Shown here piece by piece: positions 38,751 to 51,570 of a DNA stretch of 64,000 nt. This DNA is from Rhynchobatus australiae (Eukaryota): positions 38,835,796-38,899,795 of the forward strand of contig JAUZTB010000098.1 in NCBI GenBank assembly GCA_034780895.1, read 5' to 3'. Position 1 is the stretch's first letter. Every line of letters starts with the position of its first letter. The translations under genes were made by a program, and so were the position numbers. The notes under the pieces were generated by a model that was not told the DNA's origin, ran no database searches, and saw only the letters and a program-made list of their open reading frames with translations.

Positions 38751-40699
38751 ACTAAAGATACTCTATGATTGCAAGTTTTTCTTTCTCTTAATTCTCCCAT
38801 CTACATTTTATTTGGTCTCTACTTGGGTGACTGAGGTGCCCAGCTGTTTGGGGTAGATCTATTCATATTGGAATCCCATGCATCTAATACAGTTTTGAAG
38901 AACCAGTGCACATGCTCCTCTCATTGCCATAGCTTGAATAGCCGTCATGGCTTTAACCAGACTACGCAAACATTCAAAACAAGGAACAGATCTTGCGAGA
39001 AACGGTTGATGTTTTAGGTTATTGGCCTCTCATCAGAATAAATGAAATGTCATCAACCTGAAATGGCACTTCTGTTTCTCTCTTTCCACAGATAGTGCCT
39101 GACCTACTGAGTATTTGCAGTTTTTTTTAATTTCTGATTTCCATTATCTAAATATTTTGCTTTTGCAGCTTTAGTTCTTTTTCTCAGTTATTGAAGAACT
39201 AGAATGAACTACTCCTTGCCCATTATACTCTCAGGGTAAAAACCAGCCCCATAAAATTTATTGCTTATTCAGTCTATTGTGCCTCTGCTAGTGCTAGCTA
39301 TTAAACTAAATCTGTCTAATCCTATTTGCCTGCCATTTCTCTACATGCTTTCATATATTCTTATTAAAAATGTTGGGTAGACTTGTGAAAGTCATGAGGA
39401 AAATGTGGCTTTGAAGAACTGGAAGAAAGAAGATATAGCTTTCAGATCTGAATTGCTAAACCTTGCATAGGTCCGCTGGGGAAATAATGCACAAATTATT
39501 GATGTGAGATCCATGCAAAGTAGTTTTCAGACCAAAAACATTTTTAAAATTCAAATATCTGATTTGCAAAACCAAGTAGTTATCATATGATTCTTGCTGA
39601 AGATAGATTACCGTAGTATTAATGACAATATTTATATGAATTAATCAATTCTGTGCAGTGGTGTTAACTTGGATTATATAAAAAAATGCTTTTATTTAAA
39701 GCTATGCAGGCATTATGCAATTATGTTGCATTTCTGTAGTGCAGATAAACAGCGTAATGTAATTGAAGCCTTTGAAAGAAAGAGGCCTTAGTGGCTGACA
39801 GCTTCCCCCCTAAAAGAAGCAAAAGGCAGAGGAGGATAGGGAGAGAAGACAAAAGAATAAGGGGAGAGATGGAGACGAAAAGAGAAAGAAAGAAAGGAGT
39901 GAAAAACAGAGAATTAATACTAGAGAGACAACAGGGATATGTAAGAGTTAGAACATTCTATTCCTTAAAATGTGGAGCAACAAACAATATTGACTAAAAT
40001 TAGTAGTTTTACCACACAGGGGACAGCAATAATAATCTGTACAGTAATGTCTTAAAATCCTAAGCCTCCATTACATTAAATTAAGACCCATTTCTGTCCA
40101 ACCACAGGATTATGAGATTTTCTGCCCCAGGTCTTTATTTGGCTCAGTATGTCTAGCTAAAATAGCTTGTTTGTATAAGGCATCTTTAACATAACAAACA
40201 TCCTAAGGCACTCCCAAGGAACTTTCTGAAAGCGAATTTGACACTGAGCCTCAGCACCGGTTCAAAGCAGTCAGGATGTATTGGTACCAGACAAAGTAAA
40301 TGAGACGGTCTTTGAAGGTGATGCCCTGCAGTTGAATGTTAGGACTCAGATGTAAGGGCACTCTCATTGCCAATGGAGACTGCCAATCAGAAGACCCTAA
40401 TTAGATTTTGGTCTCGCTTTGGATGTAATGTAATTGCAACCACTCTTCATCAATAATTGTTGACCTGCCCCCTTGATCAGGATACAGAGCTGTTCTCTTC
40501 AACCTATTTAGTTGTATTTCAACAGCATGTCTCCTAATTACCTAATTTTACTACAGATGTCTAATTTTGCAATCCCCTCAAAGCAGCATAAAAGGTGAAA
40601 AGAACTGGTAATCCAAATTGTTGGCCCATTTTTACAAAACACAGATTGTACCTGGGGGAGCAGCAAGGGTGGAAACTCCAGTAATCTGCCAACAATCTT

Positions 40700-42390
40700 N
40701 NNNNNNNNNNNNNNNNNNTAATCCAGTATAGTGGTGTCAGAGGATTGGAAGACTGCTTATCTTGTATCATTTTAAAAAATGGGAAGGAGTAAACTAGTAA
40801 TTGCATGCCAGTTGGTTTAACTTAGATAAAGAGCAAATTACTGGAATCCATTCTCAGGGATAGTCCAAACTTTCACTTAGAAATGCACAGATCAAACAAG
40901 GACATTCTTTGTGGATTTATTAAGGGAAGGTTGAGACTAACTAACTTTTATTGAGTAGGTAACAAGATGTGTTGATGAAGGTAGTGCATTTGATGTAGTC
41001 CACATAAACTTTCGCAAAAGTTCCACACAGTATAGTGGTCAAAAAAGTAAAAGCCTATGGGATACAAAGGAGAATGGCAAACTGAATCCAAATTGGCTGA
41101 AATACAGGAAGCAAAGAGTAATGGTTGACGAGTATTTCTGTAATTGGAAACCATTGGGATCCCAATAGGGCTCAGTCATTTCTCCCTTGCTTTTTGTAAT
41201 ATATATTAATGATTTAGTCCTAGCTGTAGGGTCATGATGAAGAATTTTGAAGATGATACAAAAATTGGCCTTACGTTTGACATTGAGAAGAGATTTAGAC
41301 TGCAGTAAAATATATATGGTGTGGCCATTTGGGCAGAAATTTGGAAAATGGAATTTAATCCAGAGAAACGTGAAACGATGCACTTGGGGAGGGGAAACAA
41401 AGTGAGAGTATATATACATCACATGGAAGATATTGGGTGGAATAATAGAGATCGTATCAGAAGTTGATGAGATGGCTAAAATAGCATTCGTGATGTCTTC
41501 CTTTATTAACTGAGGTATAGAATACAAGAGCAGGGAGATTATGCTGGAATGCCAGTTTGAAAGCTGCACACAGTTTTTTTTCTCCACATCACAGAAAAGG
41601 TGTGATTGCACTGGAGAGTGTGAGGAAGAGATTTGTGAAGATGTTGTTAGGACTGGAAAATTTCAGCTAGGTTGATGGATTGGATGGGCTGGGGTTGCTT
41701 TCTTTGGCAATAAAGAAGGCCGAGGGGAGATGTAATGGAGGTATATAAAATTGTCAGGGCCTAGACAGGGTAAAGAGGAAGGACCTATTTCTTTCAGCAG
41801 AGGGTTAAAAAATCATAGGCATAGGTTTAAATGGTAGTGTAGTGGTTAGTGTAATGCTATTGCAGCGCCAGTGACCCGGGTTCAATTCCCGCCACTGTCT
41901 ATAAGGAGTTTGTACGTTCTCCCTGTTTCTGTGTGGGCTTTCTCTGGGTGCTCCCGTTTTCTCCCACATTCCAAAAGACGTATGGGTTAGGAAGTTTTGG
42001 GCGTGCTATGTTGGCTCCAGAAGCATGGCAACACTTGCAGGCTGCCCCCAGAACACTCTACGCAAAAGATGCATCTCACTATGTGTTTCAATGTACATGT
42101 GACTAATAAAGATATCTTATCTTAAATGATTAGAAGAGATAGCTGAGGAAAGATTATTTCATCTGAAGGTGACAGGTGTCTGGAACTCACGGACTAAAGG
42201 TGTGATAGAGGCAGAGACTCTTACCACACTTAAAAAGTACTTTTTACTAGTGTACTTGAAGAGCTGTGACCTTCAGGAATATGGACCTAGCATGGCATAG
42301 TTGGATTAGGTTGGATAGCTCATTTTTGACTGGCAGAGACACAATGGGCTGAAAGTTCTCCTATGTCTTAAATTTCCTACAATTCTGTGA
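40700..42390 (+). mobile_element. CR1-like LINE ORF2 (RT through 3' tail), SINE-interrupted
   Basis: RT motifs in decayed frames (GFIKGRLRLTN, YINDLV, FEDDTKIG, WKMEFNPEKRETMHLG, GDVMEVYKIV). The tail lies at ~42330-42390. Confidence 0.88.
41834..42121 (+). mobile_element. tRNA-derived V-SINE with Rex/Babar-like tail and 7-bp TSD
   Basis: Same family as the copy at 26235. Direct repeat ttaaatg at 41827-41833 and 42122-42128. Confidence 0.92.
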
Positions 42391-42519
42391 AAATACACTT
42401 CCCTTTTAGTAAATATTAGAGCATAATAAAGTTGTTTAAAGCAAAGTTACTTTGGGCAACATAACAGGAAATTCACTATTAACATATAATGCATTGAAAT
42501 TATGGTGGTGTAATAACGT

Positions 42520-42973
42520 CAATGAATAATCTCCCCCTCAATGTCAGCAAAACAAAAGAGCTTTGATTTCAGGAAGCAGGGCAGAGTACGCACCCCTGTC
42601 TATATCAATGGTGCTGAGTTGGAGATGGTTGAGAGCTTCAAGTTCCAAGGCGTAAATATCATTGACAATTTGTCCTGGTCTAGCTATGTGGATGCTGTGG
42701 GTAAACAAGCATATCAATGAGTCTACTTCATCAGAAGGCTAAGGAAATTCAGCATGTCCCTGATGACTCTCACCAATTTTTACAGATGCACCAAAGAGCG
42801 CATTCTACCTGGAAGCATCACAGCTTGGTATGGCAACTGCTTTGCCAAAGACTGCAAGAAGTTGCAGAGAGCTGTGAATGCAACCCAGTTCATAACAAAA
42901 ACCCCAGCCTCCCCTCCATTGACTCTGTCTATTCTTCCTGCTGCCTCGGGAAAGCAGTCAACATATTCAAGGA
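42520..42973 (+). mobile_element. Rex/Babar LINE fragment
   Basis: LNVSKTKE..DFRK, SFKFQGVNI, TLTNFYRCTKERILPGSITAWYGNCFAKDCKKLQRAV. Confidence 0.9.
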
Positions 42974-43849
42974 NNNNNNNNNNNNNNNNNNNNNNNNNNN
43001 NNNNNNNNNNNNNNNNNNNNNNNNNNNNNNNNNNNNNNNNNNNNNNNNNNNNNNNNNNNNNNNNNNNNNNNNNNNNNNNNNNNNNNNNNNNNNNNNNNNN
43101 NNNNNNNNNNNNNNNNNNNNNNNNNNNNNNNNNNNNNNNNNNNNNNNNNNNNNNNNNNNNNNNNNNNNNNNNNNNNNNNNNNNNNNNNNNNNNNNNNNNN
43201 NNNNNNNNNNNNNNNNNNNNNNNNNNNNNNNNNNNNNNNNNNNNNNNNNNNNNNNNNNNNNNNNNNNNNNNNNNNNNNNNNNNNNNNNNNNNNNNNNNNN
43301 NNNNNNNNNNNNNNNNNNNNNNNNNNNNNNNNNNNNNNNNNNNNNNNNNNNNNNNNNNNNNNNNNNNNNNNNNNNNNNNNNNNNNNNNNNNNNNNNNNNN
43401 NNNNNNNNNNNNNNNNNNNNNNNNNNNNNNNNNNNNNNNNNNNNNNNNNNNNNNNNNNNNNNNNNNNNNNNNNNNNNNNNNNNNNNNNNNNNNNNNNNNN
43501 NNNNNNNNNNNNNNNNNNNNNNNNNNNNNNNNNNNNNNNNNNNNNNNNNNNNNNNNNNNNNNNNNNNNNNNNNNNNNNNNNNNNNNNNNNNNNNNNNNNN
43601 NNNNNNNNNNNNNNNNNNNNNNNNNNNNNNNNNNNNNNNNNNNNNNNNNNNNNNNNNNNNNNNNNNNNNNGGTTCGCTTCTAGTTCTCCATGTAAAGGGA
43701 AAAGGAGATTACTCAACATACTGGAGAAACAAATAGCAGTAGAAACAGAAAATGCTGTAAACACTTAGCAGGGCAGGCAGCATCTGTGGAAAGTGAATCA
43801 GTTAACATTTCAATTCATCAGAACAGAAAGAAGTAGAATTGTTGAGAAA

Positions 43850-44200
43850 TAGGGGAGAAAGTTTTCGGAAAATGTAGGAAGTACTAGACAAGAAAACAGA
43901 AAGGCAGAATGTCCAAAGAAAGAAAGAAAGAGAGAGAGAGAGAGGAGAGTAAATAGAGAGAAAGAAAAATTCTCAGGGGAGGACACATAATGGAAACATT
44001 TGAAGAGGCATCATGAGGAAAATAGACGAGAATATTGGGAGAATTAATTAATAGGAGAAAGAATGAGTCAAGGACGAACCAAAGGATAAGAAATAGTCCC
44101 AAAGATATGTGAGATGGTTATGAAGAAAGACTGAAACAAAGTGAGCAAAAGGAGAATGTAGGTAGAGGGAGACAAAGAAAGAGAAAATTACAGGATGAAA
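43850..44200. repeat. Purine-rich (GA/AAAG) low-complexity tract
   Basis: Strong A/G strand bias with aaag and ga repeats. A similar tract lies at ~39775-39940. Confidence 0.8.
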
Positions 44201-47200
44201 CATAATCTTTCTTTCTAATTTTAATCCTGTTTAAAACCTAGATAGATCACCTGGATTATAGTCATGTATGGTGTGTTATTAGTAAACAGAGGGCTCAGTT
44301 TGAAATTGTAATTCCTGATGTTAGTAGGGCTACAACTTCAGGATGAGTACCCTTTACAACCTTGTTCTCACCACAGTGAAGTTGCTGTAATTTTGAATAG
44401 GACATCTCAACTGCACCTGAAGCAATTTGTTGTTTCATATGATAGGCAATTTCAATGAATAAATCACATCCTACAACCTCATTTGCTACTTTACATCAGA
44501 AGTGTCAGAAATTGCATTGTGTACAGTTTCATCATTTCTATGGAAAGAAAGAGATCGGAATTAATTTTTGTGGAAGTTGTGTCTCTGAGTTTCACAGCAA
44601 TAATCCAGGTTGCTGCTGATCTAATACCTCTCCAGCAGAAAGCAGGCTCCCCTCCTTCCTTGCATTTGTTGGATGCTGTGGCCAATATTAAAAGGCTTTA
44701 ATCTAGTGATCAGCATTAAAACAATTGTTTTATTCCCACAGCTTGCCAATCAGTATCAATGGGCCTGCAGTTGAAAATCAAGCCTGTTTCTTCCCAGGAA
44801 TGGCATTTACCTGTGCCTTCCATTGGGGTGCCCTAAACTCAAACTGGCCCCACTGTGCAACAAGCAATGCAATTGGAACCCTACTCTATTATATGAAGCA
44901 ACATCTCGCACAAAATAGGATAAATATTGTAACCTAGCCACAGGAATCAATTGTTACTTACAAATCTTATGAATATCATTTCCACAATTCATGATTTATT
45001 TGAAACTCCCAATTCACTTATAGGATCAATTACTCTGTGTAAACATTTTGTCAGTTTTTAGATTTCTTTGTGTCATGTACAAGGTGAACATCGGGCAGTG
45101 TTTCATTCCATTAGCAGGAGGTCACCAGACCATGCTACACATTGAATGAAATTCATTAACCTCCCTTCTGTGATGCATTATTCACCTCTCATTTCAGTGG
45201 TGCACATATGTAATAAATGCATGCAAGATCAAATCCCATGTTAGTTAAAAGATTTTCATGTTGAAATCATTCACTCCAATGTAATTTATTATAGATAAAT
45301 GTATTTGATCAAATATTCTTTAAGATGCATCTTAAATAATATACCATAATATTTGTGTGTGATAGCTGTTCTTGGAAAGTGAATTATTCTGAATCTAATC
45401 CATTTTATATTAATTTTCTAGCTTCTGCCCTCCATCACNNNNNNNNNNNNNNNNNNNNNNNNNNNNNNNNNNNNNNNNNNNNNNNNNNNNNNNNNNNNNN
45501 NNNNNNNNNNNNNNNNNNNNNNNNNNNNNNNNNNNNNNNNNNNNNNNNNNNNNNNNNNNNNNNNNNNNNNNNNNNNNNNNNNNNNNNNNNNNNNNNNNNN
45601 NNNNNNNNNNNNNNNNNNNNNNNNNNNNNNNNNNNNNNNNNNNNNNNNNNNNNNNNNNNNNNNNNNNNNNNNNNNNNNNNNNNNNNNNNNNNNNNNNNNN
45701 NNNNNNNNNNNNNNNNNNNNNNNNNNNNNNNNNNNNNNNNNNNNNNNNNTGGGAACATTGCAGGGTTCCATCTTTTTCTAGATTTCTGTGCATGAATATT
45801 TGGTTAAAACCTGACTTCAATGAATGAGCTAGTTGTAAAAGTTATGTTAACCATACATTTGAGTAGGACATCCATGTACAATCATCTGTAATTCCCTGCC
45901 AAAGACAAAAAATTACCTACTTCTCTTATCTGCTTGTGATGGAAAATTTAATTACTTGACAATCTGGTGAGAGCCTGTTTTGGAAATTTATTTTTATGCT
46001 GGATGTCAAAATCAAATGCAATATTTTCCTTATAAACAATAACACATTCATGAACCAGTGTTATAAAACTGGTAGTTTAATGAAAAATATCCTGTATTGT
46101 TTTGACTATGGTTGTGTGTAAGCTTCCAGTTACAAGTAAATTTGCCACAAAATGCACTTGGTAAACAGTGATAAAGCTTTCCAAGGATTACTCACTACTG
46201 TTTGCTTGTAAAATACCACGATGCAATGTAGAAACACCAGTAATATCCACATGTTTTTCCTTTTGTGGTTGAATTAAAGATCTCCCTTTTGATATTTTTT
46301 TCTTTGAAATTGCTGGCTGTGAAACTATGAGTATCTTGAAAATACCAATTTCAAGTTGTGCCCTAAATACACAGATTTTGTCTGTGGCAAAATATATATT
46401 TTATCAAATTGCATCTTTTGATGTACAGTTACCAGAATATACATCAACGTCAAAGCAGTAATAACTAAAGTAAAAAGATAAAGCATACATGGAAAGTTGC
46501 CTCAAAGTGAAAAACGTTATCACAAGATCTGTGGTCCTGTATTAATGTTGAGGGATTTAGTTATGCTGCTGGAGGAACCTGGTCCCCACCTATCTCTAGC
46601 TGTGTTGTGAACGGCCATCTGGTTCTTGTTTTTCATCATCTCTAATGATGGAATAGAATGTTTTAGGAAAAATCAGTACAGATTAACCAACCTTGAATTG
46701 TTTATCTGATAATTTTGCTCTTGGATGTAATTATCATCAAAAAATATATCTTCCCCCCCACCCACCCACCCAATTCTTTCTACAGCTTAATGGTCTGCAT
46801 TATGCTTGATCAGGTCTTCCACCTCCATCCCCACCCTCCGACACCCTCTCCCAACAACTATTCCCATGGCTATGCTTCCTTTCTGTGCCTCTTTGGATTC
46901 TTTTGTTCTGGGGTCCTTGCTACCATGGCTGTCCCATGAGGCGGAGTGCTCCATGTATAGTGACTACGCTCTAGTTATCACATCTTAAGGCCCTGTCTCC
47001 AAAATGCCCCAATGTCTTTTAACAGCTCGTCCCTGTCAAAAGCCTTTCTATTTGATCATCAGTGTCATTTAGAAGCCGTTCAATAGAATTTAAATAATTG
47101 AAAAAAGTAACAAAAATGAAGTAAGTTAATTAGAGACATTAAGATAAATAAAATAAAAAATATAAGTGGTCAGTGACCCGTTCAAATGAATGAGATTGTG

Positions 47201-47820
47201 ATACATACATCAGCCATCTATGGTGTAAGGCTGAGAGGTTGGAAATGAAGTGCACCTGGTCTTTTAGCTCAGGACATTTCTGCTCTATGCCTGGAATCAT
47301 TGCTGAAGCAGGAGATAAGGTGCATTGATCTCCAGAGTCTATCTGACTTTGTGCACTACAGTGTATAGCTATGAACTCAGAGATAGTTGACCAGTGAAGA
47401 TCACCTTGGCAACAGTCATTTGTAGAATCACTGATTATAGACAAATAGATCTTGGGCCAATAATTCCGGTGATCACATGCAGGACCTTATTTTTCTATGC
47501 ACTTATGATTTGGTTGCATCACCATGGATGTTATAAAGGGCATTGGTGAGATCACATCTGGAGTTCTGTGTAGTATCGTTCTCCTTATTTAAAGAAGGAC
47601 ATTAATGCATCGGAAGCAATTGAGAGTAGGTTTACCTGGAATGGGCAGATTGTCCTGTAAGGAAAGATTGAATGTTAGGCTTGTATCTACTGGGGTTTAG
47701 CTTGTGAGAGAGGACCTGACTGAAACGTATTAGGGTGAGAGTGGAGAGGATGTTTAATTTTGTGGGAGAATCTAGAACTAGGTGTCATTGTTTAAAAATA
47801 ACAGGTCACCCACTTAAAAC

Positions 47821-48190
47821 TGGCTGCAATGTTACTATACCTTTTTTAGGTAAGAGGATGAAAAATGTACACAATAATCGAGGTGAGACCTCACTAATAC
47901 CCTGTACAGTTGCAACAAAACCTCCCTATTTCTAATTGCCAACTCCTTTGCAATGAAGGCCAAAATGCTGTTTGCCTTTATTATTACTTGTTGGACCTGC
48001 CTGCTAGCTTTTTGGAATTTATGTGCTGGAACACCTAGATCCCTCTACATGTCACTCACTTGTTGTCTTTCTCCGTTCAGATAATAATCAGCCTTTTGAT
48101 TTTTTTTTACCAGAAGTGCATGACCTCACACTTTCCCGCATGAAACTTTTACCCAGTCACTCAATCTGTCTATATCCCATTGTAGTCACT
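47821..48190 (-). mobile_element. Second CR1-like fragment in opposite orientation, adjacent to the TRPN1-like exon
   Basis: Reverse complement gives DLGVPAHKFQKASRQVQQVIIKANSILAFIAKG...LYRVLVRSHLDY. Confidence 0.85.
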
Positions 48191-48278
48191 TATTTTCTTT
48201 ATAGCACATCCTGGAAATAAAGTGCTGGATCCTGGTTCCAGTTTGTGTTGTTCAGAGTTTTGATCTTCCACCACTTAC

Positions 48279-48411
48279 TTTGCGGTCCTCTGTCAGTTTT
48301 AGGGTTATGTTATTCTTTCGGATTAAAAAGCTCACCACCTCTTGGTGGTGGTCAGCTGCTGCATACTGAATGGGCGTCTTTCCTTCCTTACATTCCAACT
48401 TGGGAGAAGCT
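48279..48411 (-). other. TRPN1: Isolated exon fragment encoding an ankyrin repeat and linker of TRPN1/NompC (5' end lost in gap); functional status unknown
   Basis: Stop-free ASPKLECKEGKTPIQYAAADHHQEVVSFLIRKNNITLKLTEDRK ends at a perfect phase-0 donor AAA|GTAAGT (48278-48273). It contains the ankyrin motif G.TP..YAA..H..VV.FL and aligns with the recalled Drosophila NompC GASPKSETNYGCAAIWFAASEGHNEVLRYLMNKEHDTYGLMEDKR. Confidence 0.78.
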
Positions 48412-50009
48412 NNNNNNNNNNNNNNNNNNNNNNNNNNNNNNNNNNNNNNNNNNNNNNNNNNNNNNNNNNNNNNNNNNNNNNNNNNNNNNNNNNNNNNNNN
48501 NNNNNNNNNNNTCCCCAAATGGCCTTGGAAGCAGAATCTTTGAATATTTTTAAGGCTGAGGTAGATAGATTTTTAAAATGCAAGGTGGCAAACGGTTACC
48601 ATGGGTAGATGGGAATCCAGAGTTGAGGTTACAATCAGATACAATCAATCTCATTTAATGGTGAAACAGGCTTGAGTGGTCAAATGGCCAACATTTGCTC
48701 CTAATTCATATGTACAAGAATTTGTATTATAAACGTTTTATCTTGGCTGTGAGAAAAACGTTTTTACTGTTCACTAGCTTCAATAATTTGTGTGATTGAA
48801 TTCTCAAAATCTCTTTGCTGCTTTACCTTCCCAATATTTCACATTTAAAATGTGCTGTGATTTATCTTTCTTGTATCCACAGCAGATGATCTCTCACTTC
48901 CCTGTGCTGAAATTGATTTGTCATTGAATGGATGAAACATGTTTATGAGTGGCAGGTGGCATGTTTTTTTCAGCCACAATAAACTTTTATATATACATGA
49001 ATTAGGAGTATGTTTAGGCCACTCAAGTCTGCTTCACCACTTCATAAGATCCTGGCTCATCAGGAGATTTGCAGAACCTCCAATGAAATAGCAAAAATAT
49101 ACTCATGGTAGATGATCTGGGGATCCCCGTAGACATTTAATGCCTTTGCTTTTATAGTTAATTTTGTTCCTCTTTTGAAGCTGCTTACTCAGGCTTACTC
49201 TGAAGCTGCAATTCTTATTATTCTCTCCAGGCATGACCTGAATTTTAATTATTGCATCCATTTCATTTGCTGACTGCCTAGTTTTAAGTGTGACACCTCT
49301 CATCTGCAGTCTTTACTCACCCCATTGTTGATAACGCTAACATACTCATCAACTCAGAGGTGTTCTGTGATAATCTCTGTTTAAAAAAATTCACCTTGAA
49401 CAAGCATACACGAGAGTGGGAAAGACCAATTGGTCCATCTAGTCTGTTTCATACAGGCTTGATGCCTGGTGGATTACAAATAATGCACTCCCACCTACAT
49501 GGAGATACATAATCTTCTGGAAGAGGCCGAAAACACAATTGGTGGGGAAAAAATCCCTGACATGTCAGCAACTGGTTCAATAACTCCACTCTTCTCTGGG
49601 AACAGAAGTTTCAAGTCTTCAACCTTTCCTGCCCTATCCCATTGAATTAATTTTTGTGTGTAAGCATAATTTAATCCCTTTGTTATTTCATGAGCCTTAA
49701 TCAAGTCATACTCAGACTATGCTTCTAACCCTCCACTTTGAGAATTAGAAGTGAAGACAGTTTTGGACAGTTTTCTAAATCAGAATAAGACAGGATATTT
49801 TGTCTCGTAGTTACTGAGGAGAGGAGCTGTGATATATTTCCAGGTCAGAATGATGTGTGACTTGGAGGGGAGCCTTAAGGTGATGGTTGGAAAACAAAAC
49901 TTGTGGATCTGAAACTAAAGCAGAAAATGCTAGAAATAATCAGTACATGAAATAGAGAAACAGAGTTAAAATTTCAGATGGATAAAATTTATCAGAACTA
50001 TTTCTACCA

Positions 50010-50790
50010 TACCTTCTGGTGTCTGCATGTGCATGCGCCCTTCTCTTTCTTGGTGGTGGAGATCCTGGGCTTGGAAGGTGCTCTCAGAATAGCCAAGACC
50101 ATTTTGTAGATCGTCCACAGTATAGCCATGCTGTATTAATGATGGAGAAAATGGGATACCAGTCAGAGGTGTTTTGTCCTGGATGATGTTGAGCTTATTA
50201 AATTTTGTTAGATCTGCACTCCTCCAGGCAAGTGGCGAGTATCCTTTACAATCTTTGTAGTTGATAAAAGTCTTTTGGGTAACAGGAGGTGAAACACATA
50301 TTGCAGAATACCCAGACTCTGACTGGGTCTTGTAGCTACAGTGTCTAATGTAGCTAGTCCAGACATTGATGACCCCTCTGGATGTACGTAATTGGATTTT
50401 GACAGATGTCAAGAACACACAGTTAGACTCTCTCTTGCTTGAAATGGTTGTTCCCTGGTATTTTTGAGGCACCCCATACCTGCGTGTCATTAGGTCTTGC
50501 TGCATTGCATGCAGGTGTGGGCTATTTCATTTTCTGAGGAATTGGAAATGAAGTAAATATTGTGTAATCATTAGGGAACAAACTCACTTCTGACATTATG
50601 ATGGAATGAAGGTCATAAATGAAGCAACTGAAACTGGTTGAACCGACATATTGCCCTGCAGAGCTGCAGCAGCAATGTTGTGGGAATGGGATGGTCGACC
50701 TCCATAACCAATTGGAGGTGACCAAAGTATGGAGCAGGATTTCAGCACCAAATGTGCTGAGATAGGGCAAGAGACAGCAAGTGGTCAGAG
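50010..50790 (-). mobile_element. Decayed L2/CR1-group LINE fragments
   Basis: YSPLAWRSADLTKFNKLNIIQDK and EVSLFPNDYTIF (degenerate FADD) form one element. PYLSTFGAEILLHTLVTS (L2 motif) lies at ~50715-50775. Confidence 0.7.
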
Positions 50791-51119
50791 TCNNNNNNNN
50801 NNNNNNNNNNNNNNNNNNNNNNNNNNNNNNNNNNNNNNNNNNNNNNNNNNNNNNNNNNNNNNNNNNNNNNNNNNNNNNNNNNNNNNNNNNNNGTGGTCAG
50901 AGTCAGCGACCATTAAAGGAATGGAAGTTCAGTTTCCTCATAAAATATACTGCCAAGGATATCCAGTATCTTTAACAAAGTAGAAAATAATATTATTGAA
51001 TTTGCTAATTGCATATCGTAGTATCTTAAAACATTTGTAAATGCATCAAGGTTTGACAAACCTTTGTCAGTTTGTTGATAAAGCTTATTTTTCTCCTGAA
51101 AATAAAAAAACCCATAGAT

Positions 51120-51570
51120 ATTGAAAAGCTGAAACAAAAACAGAAAATGCTGGAAACATTCAGAAGGTTGTGTTGCACCTGTGGAATGTTTCAGATCCAA
51201 AACCCTTTGTCAGAATTGGGAAAGAGAGAATATAAGCTAGTTTTCAGTTGCAGAGAAGTTGGGGCAATGGGTGGGTTGAACAGAGACCAAAAGGGTTAAT
51301 GTGGCATTGATGATTCTTTGAGTTATGTGTTGTGATGAGCAAGGGTTTAGGGGCATGACCAGCAGGCTAGACTATAGTAATAGCAAAAATAACTGAGCCA
51401 AAATCATAGATGAATGACAGGCAGAAATGGCCATTTCTGATGCAGATAACAAGGAAGAAAAGTTATCTAAAGCTGGAGAATTTAATATTGAGTCTACAAG
51501 GCTGCAACAAGCCCAGACAGTAGATGAGTGATGTTCCTCAAGCTTGCATTGGTCCTTGTTATTACAGTTT
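51120..51570 (-). mobile_element. Penelope-like element fragment
   Basis: Homologous to 62975-63660, including aatattgagtctacaaggctgcaacaagcccagacagtagatgagtgatgttcctcaagcttgcattgg (minus: QCKLEEH..LGLLQP..LNI). Confidence 0.75.

Larger units (their letters stand above)
47440..48710 (+). mobile_element. CR1-like LINE 3' portion interrupted at 47820 and resuming at 48512
   Basis: ALVRSHLEFCV...VGESRTRCHCLKITGHPLKT stops at 47820. PQMALEAESLNIFKAEVDRFL and the CR1 tail resume after the gap, which is the expected next segment. Confidence 0.8.

Noticed and set aside
41039-41611. 190-aa minus-strand ORF without Ns
   Set aside because: It is the antisense shadow of the plus-strand CR1 ORF2 relic.
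4343-50904. Short direct repeats flanking many 100-N gaps (4343/4460, 7984/8098, 17093/17201, 29072/29189, 30240/30364, 50781/50893) that resemble target-site duplications
   Set aside because: They always abut a placeholder 100-N gap, which is the signature of unmerged overlapping contig ends rather than biology.
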